A stretch of 27,026 bases of DNA. Source: an uncultured Gammaproteobacteria bacterium (lineage in GTDB: Bacteria; Patescibacteriota; Patescibacteriia; Magasanikbacterales; UBA922). Location: the NCBI GenBank assembly GCA_964438795.1, contig CAYTKU010000001.1:1-27026 (forward strand). Direction: 5' to 3'. Shown in pieces: positions 1-8,042 of this stretch; the stretch's first letter is position 1; each line of letters begins with the position of its first letter. Position numbers and translations under genes: made by a program. The notes below the pieces were generated by a model that was not told where the DNA came from, did not search any database, and worked only from the letters and a program-made list of their open reading frames with translations.

Positions 1-1105
1 ATCTCGGTGTACTCGTCACCTGAATATTCTCAGGCACGATCTCTATCCATATTTTTCCTGGTGCCAGGGGAATCTCGATCCCCGAACCATCCAAAAATTT
101 CGTCCGGAACGTTCGAGAATCTTTTTTCCATACGCCCTCAAATCTTTCACCATAAACATACACTTCTACCTTGCCTTCGCCAATCGTTCCAAGTGCACGA
201 CGACCCACATCATCAAGAATTTTGTCTGTCACATGCTGCACAATCACCGTACTGGCCTTGACTGGATTTCCATTACTATCCACATGCACAGTGTTGGAGT
301 GAAATCTTTCAAAGACTTTCAACTCTGAATTGTATTTCCATTTCACGACATACGAAGGACGCAAAAATGGAATCTGCACATCACTCACGCAGTTTGCTGC
401 ACACTCGCGGGTTGAACTGGCTGAAAAATTCCAACTTTCGAACTTGGCATCAACATTTTTGTCCGCATATCTTTCATACACATCTTTCCACAGATCGCTC
501 GAAGTAAAGGCATTGTGCGGAGCACTTTTATTTTCATCACGCCAAAAATATATTCCACGATAAAATTCATCGACATCAAAAATATTATACTGATCAATCT
601 TTTGCAGTGCTTCGGGAGACCCACCTACATGCATATACACGGCACCAGGATATTCAGAAACAAAATCCAAATAATATGGACGTGCACTACGCACTGGTCC
701 AGCCTTCTCCACATCTGAATCAAGAGGAAAAAGTGCCAAAAATCTCGTAATGTTGCCCTCGGCCGGTGCTTCATAGACTACGCTGGCCTGAGCAATTCCA
801 TCTTGTGGTCGAGCAGAAGTAAAATTCTCAATCATCACCCCAACGAGTGGTTGAAATTCTTCGGATTCACTCGGCACACACTCCCCTGTCAAGCCACTTT
901 GAAATTCACATTCTACCCTCTGATTTTGGGTCGAAGTCGCAGTGCCCATAGTATCATCCATCACTCCCCCAGTTTCTGTTGGCCTTCCTCGCAAGATAAA
1001 ATACAAGAGCAAAATAATCGCACAGAAAAATACCACAGCCGCAATCGCATAAAACAATTTTTCTTTGTCTTTTTTTATATCTTGCAAAAGTTTTTTGAAA
1101 TTCAT
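1..1105 (-). CDS. DUF3048 (YerB-like) domain protein with N-terminal membrane anchor; 3' end runs off the window
   Basis: Not in the ORF track (no stop inside the window). Manual translation from ATG at 1105: MNFKKLLQDIKKDKEKLFYAIAAVVFFCAIILLLYFILRG (TM) ... VGVMIENFTSARPQDGIAQASVVYEAPAEGNITRFLALF ... GPVRSARPYYLDFVSEYPGAVYMHVGGSPEAL ... PGKIWIEIVP, the characteristic DUF3048 and DUF3048_C motifs. Confidence 0.85.
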   Translation of the reverse strand, partial: MNFKKLLQDIKKDKEKLFYAIAAVVFFCAIILLLYFILRGRPTETGGVMDDTMGTATSTQNQRVECEFQSGLTGECVPSESEEFQPLVGVMIENFTSARPQDGIAQASVVYEAPAEGNITRFLALFPLDSDVEKAGPVRSARPYYLDFVSEYPGAVYMHVGGSPEALQKIDQYNIFDVDEFYRGIYFWRDENKSAPHNAFTSSDLWKDVYERYADKNVDAKFESWNFSASSTRECAANCVSDVQIPFLRPSYVVKWKYNSELKVFERFHSNTVHVDSNGNPVKASTVIVQHVTDKILDDVGRRALGTIGEGKVEVYVYGERFEGVWKKDSRTFRTKFLDGSGIEIPLAPGKIWIEIVPENIQVTSTPR

Positions 1106-1237
1106 ACATTGTTGTGGTCAGTGTTATTATATGATAGAAAGATTTTTCTTTTATGGAGCTGCAATACTTTTTTACTTTTATTACCGACGTGTACAAAAAT
1201 AAAAAGGTATAAAGCGAATAAAAGAAAATTTTTCTCC

Positions 1238-2581
1238 CTAGGCTACTATTTTACCATACAATATCCATTCTTCCACTTTGAAAATTTCTATCTCTACAAT
1301 TTGACCAATAAAACTCTCGTCACCCTTGAACCTCGCTCGTTTCATCTCCAGCGTATTGCCACTACACCAACCATTGGCACATTCTTCTACCAATATTGAT
1401 ACCTTTTGCCCCAGATACTTCTGATTTTTGCGAAGCACTGTTTCTTCCATCAGTTTTTGGAGGACCCACCAGCGACGTTTCTTTTCTTCTTTTGACACAT
1501 CATCTTTGAAAGCCTTTACAGCGAGCGTTCCACTGCGAGTAGAATATTGTGCACTGTAGGAAATATCAAAATCACACTGTTTGTACAGATCAACCGTATC
1601 TTCAAATTGCTCTTCGCTCTCACCACAAAACCCGACAATAATATCTGTGCCAAGGGCAATATCCGGTTTTTTCTCCCGAATACGTTTCACGAGGTCAATA
1701 TAAAAATCTCGTTTGTGACGACGATTCATGCGTCGAAGCACCTCATCATTGCCAGACTGCACTGGCAAATGCAAAAAATTCACTTGTTTTGGCAAAGTCA
1801 GCGCATCAATCACCTCTTCGGTCATGAAGATCGGATGAGGAGCCGTATAGTGAATACGCTGCACCCCATCTATCTGATTGAGCTCCCAGAGAAGTTTGGC
1901 AAAATCGCTTTTGGTGTAGGGATTGTTCGGACTAAAATATTCTGGATCTGGTGCAATATAATGATTGACAATCTGACCAAGCAGGGTGATCTCGAGGCAC
2001 CCATGAAGTGCCAAGTCCGTGGCTTCTCCCAAGATCTCTTTGAGAGAACGGTTGAGCTCAAGCCCACGCGAAAACGGCACCACACAGTAGGTACAAAAAT
2101 GATTACACCCCGTCTGAATCGTAACAAACGCCTGATAGGCTTTTTTTATGGTCGGACGAAGATTGAAGTAGTGCTCCGACATATCTTCGAGCGGTGCGAG
2201 GTTTGGATTGAGCTCCCCCAGCCACTTTGGGAGATGCACCATGTCTTTGGTCGGAAAAAAAAGGTCAACCGCAGGCATTTTCTTTTGCATTGCGCCGTCC
2301 TTGTCTCGCCCTGGCATACAGCCCGTCACCGCTACGATGAGATCGGGGTTTTTGACCTTGAGGTCGGCAAATTTGTGCACCATACTATAGATACGATCCT
2401 CGGCAGCCTGACGAACCGAACAACTATTCAGCAAAATCACATCAGCCTCGTCCTCTATCTCAGTAGAAACCATGTTCAGACGATCAAAAATCGACTCGAT
2501 ACGCTCAGAATCGTTCTTGTTCATCTGACACCCAAAGGTGATTATTTTATACTGAAATTTTTTGTGTTCTGCTGCTTGCAT
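1238..2581 (-). CDS. miaB: tRNA-2-methylthio-N6-dimethylallyladenosine synthase (radical SAM methylthiotransferase)
   Basis: UPF0004 motifs TFGCQMN, NSCSVRQAAE, VTGC; radical SAM CNHFCTYC; LHLPVQSG; TDIIVGFCGE; C-terminal TRAM-like region. Start moved from GTG 2602 to ATG 2581 because 2592-2620 is a consensus promoter. Confidence 0.95.
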   Translation of the reverse strand: MQAAEHKKFQYKIITFGCQMNKNDSERIESIFDRLNMVSTEIEDEADVILLNSCSVRQAAEDRIYSMVHKFADLKVKNPDLIVAVTGCMPGRDKDGAMQKKMPAVDLFFPTKDMVHLPKWLGELNPNLAPLEDMSEHYFNLRPTIKKAYQAFVTIQTGCNHFCTYCVVPFSRGLELNRSLKEILGEATDLALHGCLEITLLGQIVNHYIAPDPEYFSPNNPYTKSDFAKLLWELNQIDGVQRIHYTAPHPIFMTEEVIDALTLPKQVNFLHLPVQSGNDEVLRRMNRRHKRDFYIDLVKRIREKKPDIALGTDIIVGFCGESEEQFEDTVDLYKQCDFDISYSAQYSTRSGTLAVKAFKDDVSKEEKKRRWWVLQKLMEETVLRKNQKYLGQKVSILVEECANGWCSGNTLEMKRARFKGDESFIGQIVEIEIFKVEEWILYGKIVA

Positions 2582-2591
2582 AAGTCCCAGG

Positions 2592-2620
2592 ATTATACCC
2601 ACTCAAAGTGAAAAATTCAA
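2592..2620 (-). promoter_or_regulatory. sigma70-type promoter of miaB
   Basis: Minus strand TTGAAT (2620-2615), 17 nt spacer, TATAAT (2597-2592); ATG follows 10 nt later. Confidence 0.75.
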
Positions 2621-2727
2621 GGGTAGATACGAGTCACAATCCCCACAGGCCCAGAAGAGCTACGATATGGCAAGTCGAGACCACGATTGCGATCCCAGCC
2701 CCTCACACAATTTTTTCCTCTCAACCC

Positions 2728-2756
2728 AGCTTAATTTGAAAGCATTTTTTTGACAA
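2728..2756 (-). promoter_or_regulatory. candidate second leftward promoter upstream of miaB
   Basis: Minus strand TTGTCA (2756-2751), 17 nt, TAAGCT (2733-2728). Confidence 0.4.
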
Positions 2757-2764
2757 AATGCTTT
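2739..2764. repeat. 10-6-10 inverted repeat overlapping the divergent -35 hexamers (candidate operator)
   Basis: AAAGCATTTT (2739-2748), TTTGAC, AAAATGCTTT (2755-2764): perfect 10 bp arms. Confidence 0.6.
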
Positions 2765-2778
2765 TTTTGTGTTATGGT
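2750..2778 (+). promoter_or_regulatory. sigma70-type promoter of the orphan gene pair
   Basis: TTGACA (2750-2755), 17 nt, TATGGT (2773-2778) with extended -10 TG at 2770-2771. Confidence 0.7.
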
Positions 2779-2816
2779 ATTTTTAACTTATCTTAGCTAA
2801 ATTTTATTACTTCTCT

Positions 2817-3692
2817 ATGAGAAACGCTGAGTTTGGAAGACCTCTCCCAATAGGAGCATCTAATGAAGAAATGGAAAGTGAAGATATATTAGATATTGAC
2901 GACTTAAAAATAAAATTTGAACGCCTCAAGCCGCTTTCATCAGCAAAAAGTCAAACTATTGAATCAAATCTTGAACAACTTCAAAATTATTTCAATGATG
3001 CTACAAAAGAAAAAGAATTTGAAAAACTCTATAAAGATCTTGATGGTCTTCTGGATGCTTTTGGAAAAGAAAAACAAAGAGAAGATAATCAAATAAAAAG
3101 AGAGGAAGAGGCAGCAAAAAAAGAACTTCCAGGAATTATTTTAGAAATTCGAGCGAAGTTGGCTCTTCTTCCGAGCGCTGAAGCTAAAGCTATGTATGCA
3201 CCTCTTTTATTACGTTTAAATGATATTCGCGATCAAAATTTACCCTCTGCCGCCCTTGAATACGCAGATCGTATTCTCAGCCTTCTGGATTTAGAAAATA
3301 ACTCTCTAACAATTGACCAAGGTAGAGTAATCTTAAAGCCAAGACCAAAATATTACAAAAATGAAGAAAGGCTAATTAAAAAAACTGAAGAGCAAACAGC
3401 AATAACATCCGAAAACCACGCTCTCACTATTGATAAAGATAGTGGGGTATTAAAATTTCGAGCAAAGTCTCACAAAAATGAAAAACCAAATATTCCTGAC
3501 CTCGACCCTGATACTGTGTTTGATAAAAAAGCTCTTATACCTTCTGAACAAGAAATGCCTGCAACAAATGATAATATAGATTCTCCGTCTGCACAAGATA
3601 CGGCACAAAGCCCAAATAGTGAAACTTATGTTGATTGGAGTGTGGGTTTAGATGAGGATAGGGAAGAGCCACAAAAGAAAGCGGTGGCTTAA
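2817..3692 (+). CDS. hypothetical soluble charged protein (291 aa), helical N-half, acidic disordered tail
   Basis: Long ORF with own promoter and TATG start; no family motif recognised; internal imperfect repeat NSLTIDQGRVILKPRPK / HALTIDKDSGVLKFRAK. Confidence 0.8.
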   Translation: MRNAEFGRPLPIGASNEEMESEDILDIDDLKIKFERLKPLSSAKSQTIESNLEQLQNYFNDATKEKEFEKLYKDLDGLLDAFGKEKQREDNQIKREEEAAKKELPGIILEIRAKLALLPSAEAKAMYAPLLLRLNDIRDQNLPSAALEYADRILSLLDLENNSLTIDQGRVILKPRPKYYKNEERLIKKTEEQTAITSENHALTIDKDSGVLKFRAKSHKNEKPNIPDLDPDTVFDKKALIPSEQEMPATNDNIDSPSAQDTAQSPNSETYVDWSVGLDEDREEPQKKAVA

Positions 3693-3770
3693 AACTTTAT
3701 TCGGTTCAAAATAAATTTTTCAAACTCATTATTCCAAATTTTTTAATAACTTTTCATATCATTTAAAGAT

Positions 3771-5801
3771 ATGTCAGAACAACCTCCTCATTTTCTTCCT
3801 ATGGAAGCACGCCTAAAATCTACTCAATTAGAACCTCGTACGAAAAGCGGTAGTGCATATGAACGTGCGGTTGCTGACGCATTACTCCAAGAAGATCACA
3901 GACCGGGCAGAATTGAAGAAGAGGAGGCAGAAATAGCTAGAAAAAAACAAACAGATGCCCCTGAGTTACTTATTGCTAGGAAAAAAAAAGCTGATAAACT
4001 TGCAGAAAGAAGAGCTGAACGAGAAAGACAAAACAGACAATTAGAACAGGAAGAAGCAGAAAGAAGAAATTTAGAATACCAAACAAAATCTGCAGAGGAA
4101 ACTCGATCTGCTCTCGCCGATGCACGTGCCCTCATTAATGAGGAGCCCGAAGTTAAGCACGCAGCCACATCAGTACATAATGCTCTTTCTGATGTACATA
4201 ATTTGCTATCTGATGAAACAGGAATTAGTGCAGTAAGAGGACTGCAAGATAGAAAGAGATCTGATGAGGAGATTGAAAAAGCCGGTGATATTCCAACCCT
4301 ACGAACACGGCACCGAAGAGTAGAAGATGCTCCTACTCGTATTTCAAACGACATGGCAAAAGATCGTGATGCAAGAGAGGCAAGGATAAAAGCAAAAGAT
4401 GAAGAACTTGATACGCAAGATAAAGAATCGCGTGCAGAACAAGCGGCACAGAAATTAAAATTGAGAGAAACTTTTAAACGTGTAAATGGGTTGATTCAAC
4501 TATTTGGAAGGGAATTATTGCAACAAAAATATAGTCTATCTATTCCAATGATCGAAGGTCTTTCTGAGGATGAAATTAATAAACTTGATAGGCGTCTCAA
4601 GGCAATTCAAAAAGAAGAAAATATTGAAATGGATCGTTTGTACCAAGAAGCTGAAGCTGATCGAACTAATCGAGCTGATAGAGACCGTCGTCAAACAAGT
4701 CAAGTAAAGACAAGTACTTATGAACCAAAACCACAAGAATCTATTATCGTAGATGATTTAGATGCGATGAAGAATGAAGAAGAAGTTGAAGCTTATGTAA
4801 GAGATAATTTTGATGCTCCTCTAGCTGAATCTGATAAGTTGATTGCTCAAGCAGAAAAACAAAAAGAAGAAGACGCTTTCTTTGAAGAACAAGCAAAAAG
4901 ACAGCAAGCCGAACGTAAAATAGCAAGAGAGATATCAGCCAGAGAAAAAAAAGGAGCAGAGCCTGTCAATTTAGCTGATTTACCTGAACTGCAACCAGAA
5001 CCAGTAGAATTAGCAAGGCCTCCTTATCAAGTAAGTAGACGGGAATTACGTAGAAATTTACATAACCCTTTGGATTTATCACCGAATTTTGTTAAGCCTG
5101 AATCTGATTTACAAGAAGAAGGAAACGACAGGATAAAAAAACCTGTTATTGATGCTACACGCAGAGATCCATCATCGGTTTATAGACTAGCAGGAGCAGA
5201 ATTACAAGAGCACCCAGAAAGAGTTCACGCACTTTCTGAGGAAGTGGAAAGAAGACAGGCCTGGGCTCTGCAAATACCAAGAATGAATCGAGCAGAGCTT
5301 ATCAACGCTGCTACAAGATTTGGTATTGATTTACGTGACCAAACTCCTCTGGGATTACACAACGCTACTCGTTTAATAAATTCAGGAACCGAGCGTGGGA
5401 AAATTTTTAGTATGTTATTCGACAGGTTTGTTCATGTAAATACTGAACAAAAGAGAGGTGAAAATGAAAAACAAGAACGAGTTAGAATAGCACGAGAACA
5501 AATAGAATCTGCGAGTGTTCAAATGCGCGATCTTCTAGAAAAAACCAGATCAATATTAACATTAGCACAACAACAAGAAATTCAACAAATTTTACTCCAA
5601 AAAGTTCAAGCCGAAAGAGTCGGAGATGTACCTAAAGCATTAGACTTGATAGAAACAGCAACAAATACGTTAAAACGATTTGAAAGACTCTACGAAGAGC
5701 TGCAAAGAACTGGTGCATTAAAAACCTCAACCCCACCAACAATCAAACCCCCAGGACTACTTTCACGAATCGGATCCTTTCTTGGATTCGGAAGAAAATA
5801 A
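3771..5801 (+). CDS. hypothetical E/R/K-rich coiled-coil protein (676 aa) with amphipathic C-terminal tail
   Basis: 2 kb ORF followed by a terminator; no TM or signal peptide; ends PPGLLSRIGSFLGFGRK. Confidence 0.85.
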   Translation: MSEQPPHFLPMEARLKSTQLEPRTKSGSAYERAVADALLQEDHRPGRIEEEEAEIARKKQTDAPELLIARKKKADKLAERRAERERQNRQLEQEEAERRNLEYQTKSAEETRSALADARALINEEPEVKHAATSVHNALSDVHNLLSDETGISAVRGLQDRKRSDEEIEKAGDIPTLRTRHRRVEDAPTRISNDMAKDRDAREARIKAKDEELDTQDKESRAEQAAQKLKLRETFKRVNGLIQLFGRELLQQKYSLSIPMIEGLSEDEINKLDRRLKAIQKEENIEMDRLYQEAEADRTNRADRDRRQTSQVKTSTYEPKPQESIIVDDLDAMKNEEEVEAYVRDNFDAPLAESDKLIAQAEKQKEEDAFFEEQAKRQQAERKIAREISAREKKGAEPVNLADLPELQPEPVELARPPYQVSRRELRRNLHNPLDLSPNFVKPESDLQEEGNDRIKKPVIDATRRDPSSVYRLAGAELQEHPERVHALSEEVERRQAWALQIPRMNRAELINAATRFGIDLRDQTPLGLHNATRLINSGTERGKIFSMLFDRFVHVNTEQKRGENEKQERVRIAREQIESASVQMRDLLEKTRSILTLAQQQEIQQILLQKVQAERVGDVPKALDLIETATNTLKRFERLYEELQRTGALKTSTPPTIKPPGLLSRIGSFLGFGRK

Positions 5802-5815
5802 AAATATATCAAATC

Positions 5816-5849
5816 AAAAAACCACCGGCTTCAACACTGGTGGTTTTTT
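5816..5849. terminator. bidirectional intrinsic terminator between the orphan pair and thrS
   Basis: AAAAA-ACCACCGG-cttcaaca-CTGGTGGT-TTTTT: 8 bp stem (one G-U) with A and T tails between convergent genes. Confidence 0.85.
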
Positions 5850-5900
5850 ATATCAAGAACCTCACCCTACACTCTCCTACAATAAGAGGATACTTTTTTC

Positions 5901-7646
5901 TTATAATCTCTCCGCAATTTCCTTCACTACTCTCTGCATAAAAAGATCCTTTTCCATCTTCTCTTGTTCTTCTTGACCTCGTACACGAACCATGAGCGGT
6001 TCACCTGCGAGCTCTTTGTCACCGACAACGAGGACATAGGGAACTTTTGCTCCAGCCGCTTTACGGATTTTGTTTCCCACAGTTTCGTCCACACTGTCTA
6101 CTTCGACGCGAATTCCTGCAGCGAGAAGTTCTGCCTTGAGACTATTTGCACCAACCAAATGCTTGTCATTCGAGACAGGCAAAATTCGCACTTGGACTGG
6201 AGAGAGCCAAACAGGAAATGCTCCGGCATAGTGTTCGATCAAAACCCCCATAAATCGTTCAGGAGATCCGACAATTGCACGGTGAATCATAACTGGAGTT
6301 TTTTCTGTTCCATCTTGATCTGCATAGACCAGGCCAAATCGTCCTGGCATGTTGAAATCCAGCTGAATAGTGGAGATCTGCCATTCACGGCCAATAGAAT
6401 CTTTGGCCATGATATCCATCTTTGGACCATAAAAGGCTGCTTCTCCTTCGGCTTCTTTGAATTCAATGTTATTTTCTTGAAGCAATTTTCGCATGATAGT
6501 TTGGGCATTTTCCCAGAGAGCATCATCACCCAGATATTTTTCTTTTTCATTTGGATCACGGAGCGAGAGCCGAATCCAATAATTGAGCCCATAGGTCTGA
6601 AGCGCTTGTTTTACAACACCAAGCACTTGGTTGAACTCAGATTGAATTTGATCTTCCCGGCAAAAGATATGTCCATCATCCTGAGCAAAACAACGTAAAC
6701 GAGTAAGCCCAGAGAGTTCACCAGGGCGTTCATCCCGGTAAAGATTGGCAAAGTCAGCAAAACGAAGTGGCAAATCACGGTAACTGCGAGTCTGACTGGC
6801 ATAGATCTGTGTATGCTGTGGACAGTTCATGGGTTTGAGATAATAGGGTTCTTCACTATAGTGAGATTTTACTTCCAGCATGTCGTCTTTGTACTTGTCA
6901 TAATGCCCAGACACCTTAAATAACTCGGCTTTGTTCATGTTTGGTGTCTGCACTTCTTCAAAACCAATTTGACCATTGAGCTCACGAGAATATCCAATAA
7001 TCTGATTGCGAACAATACATCCTTTTGGAGTAAACAGAGGAAGTCCAGGCCCTACGAGATCAGAAAAAACAAAGAGTCCAAGTTCTTTGCCGAGCTTGCG
7101 GTGATCACGTTTTTTGGCTTCTTCGAGCATGGTCAAGTGGTTTTGGAGTTCTTCGGCAGAAGGAAAAGCTGTTCCATAGATACGAGTGAGCATCTTGTTG
7201 TTTTCATTTCCACGCCAGTAAGCACCTGCTACAGAGAGGAGCTTAAAATGCTTGAGATCTTCACTTGGATTTTCGCTGTGTCCACCTTTACAGAGGTCCG
7301 TAAAGTTTCCACAAGAATAAAAAGTCAACATTTTTCCTTCTTCGGAAAATTCAGTAATGAGTTCACATTTGTATTCATTGTCAGCAAAATATTGTTTCGC
7401 TTCGTCAATACTCACTTCCTTTTTTTCAAACCCTTTCCAAGATTTCACGGCTTCTCGCATTTTTTCTTCAATTTTGGCAAGATCATCTTCAGATATCTTT
7501 GTATCAAGAAAATCAAAATCATAATAAAAGCCATTTTCAATTGGTGGCCCAATGGTACGTTTGGCCTCAGGGTAAAGTTCCTGTACTGCCGCAGCCAAAA
7601 GGTGCGCACAGGAATGGCGTAGGTGTTCGAGTTGTTCTTTGTCCAT
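5901..7646 (-). CDS. thrS: threonine--tRNA ligase, short form lacking the N-terminal TGS domain
   Basis: Editing domain RHSCAH and FTDLCKGGH; Zn-binding KPMNCPQH; motif 2 YRDERPGELSGLTRLR; GEAAFYGPK; IHRAIVGSPERF; C-terminal anticodon-binding domain. Confidence 0.97.
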   Translation of the reverse strand: MDKEQLEHLRHSCAHLLAAAVQELYPEAKRTIGPPIENGFYYDFDFLDTKISEDDLAKIEEKMREAVKSWKGFEKKEVSIDEAKQYFADNEYKCELITEFSEEGKMLTFYSCGNFTDLCKGGHSENPSEDLKHFKLLSVAGAYWRGNENNKMLTRIYGTAFPSAEELQNHLTMLEEAKKRDHRKLGKELGLFVFSDLVGPGLPLFTPKGCIVRNQIIGYSRELNGQIGFEEVQTPNMNKAELFKVSGHYDKYKDDMLEVKSHYSEEPYYLKPMNCPQHTQIYASQTRSYRDLPLRFADFANLYRDERPGELSGLTRLRCFAQDDGHIFCREDQIQSEFNQVLGVVKQALQTYGLNYWIRLSLRDPNEKEKYLGDDALWENAQTIMRKLLQENNIEFKEAEGEAAFYGPKMDIMAKDSIGREWQISTIQLDFNMPGRFGLVYADQDGTEKTPVMIHRAIVGSPERFMGVLIEHYAGAFPVWLSPVQVRILPVSNDKHLVGANSLKAELLAAGIRVEVDSVDETVGNKIRKAAGAKVPYVLVVGDKELAGEPLMVRVRGQEEQEKMEKDLFMQRVVKEIAERL

Positions 7647-7707
7647 ATGACGAAAAAATTAAAAACTAAAATTACAAATTACACATATTGAAATTTCTTG
7701 GAAAAAT

Positions 7708-7838
7708 TTTTCGGAGATAACTTTTTGGGCACATTAGCGAAGTGGCCGGGCCGGTTCCGACGAAGTCGGAGAGGCCACGAGCTACGTAGTGAGCGAGCCG
7801 CTGGGCGAGCGAACGGCACAAAAAGTTATCTCCGAAAA
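7708..7838. repeat. 131 bp palindromic element (MITE/REPIN-like) with perfect 20 bp terminal inverted repeats in the thrS leader
   Basis: TTTTCGGAGATAACTTTTTG (7708-7727) / CAAAAAGTTATCTCCGAAAA (7819-7838); GC-rich core with nested hairpins GTGGCC..GGCCAC (7742-7778) and TCCGAC-gaa-GTCGGA (7756-7770). Confidence 0.8.
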
Positions 7839-7860
7839 TCTAAATGAAAATTCCAGACAC

Positions 7861-7920
7861 AAAAATAAAAAACCCCAGTATACGCTCTACCACTCAAAAG
7901 TGATAAATCATATACCGGGG
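7861..7920 (-). terminator. T-box attenuator terminator
   Basis: Minus strand CCCCGGTATA (7920-7911) pairs with TATACTGGGG (7882-7873), internal hairpin TATCACT/AGTGGTA, followed by TTTTTTATTTTT (7872-7861). Confidence 0.85.
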
Positions 7921-8036
7921 TCCTAATCCTTCGGTGTCACTCAGGACAAGAATTAAGACGGTTCCACCCGTAGTTTTACTTGAAATAGATTGTCTTGATA
8001 CTCACAGGGTTAGTATCCCCTGCTCCAAACGTATCT
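7861..8036 (-). ncRNA. T-box riboswitch (Thr) controlling thrS, with an apparently ultrashort Stem I
   Basis: Minus strand: T-box bulge TGGAACC (7966-7960) flanked by helix A1 CGGG (7970-7967)/CCCG (7919-7916) and 12 bp helix A2 GTCTTAATTCTT (7959-7948)/AAGGATTAGGAC (7931-7920); the 3' strand overlaps the terminator; putative Stem I 8035-7997 has apical loop GAU-ACU-AA. Confidence 0.85.
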
Positions 8037-8042
8037 GCTGCT

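Noticed and set aside
803-1399. 198 aa plus-strand ORF and the 80 aa minus ORF at 954-1196
   Set aside because: Both overlap the real DUF3048 gene (frame starting at 1105) or miaB; the 80 aa ORF is an off-frame read of the DUF3048 5' end.
1547-2611. 354 aa plus-strand ORF antisense to miaB, and similar long antisense ORFs over thrS (5964-6698, 6969-7622), the ATPase (11341-11889), nrdA and ruvB
   Set aside because: Shadow ORFs on the opposite strand of well-conserved genes, with no recognisable motifs; expected from codon bias.
2617-2724. 35-codon minus-strand TTG ORF upstream of miaB
   Set aside because: Non-ATG start, lacks the TATG context seen in all credible genes, and has no recognisable peptide features.
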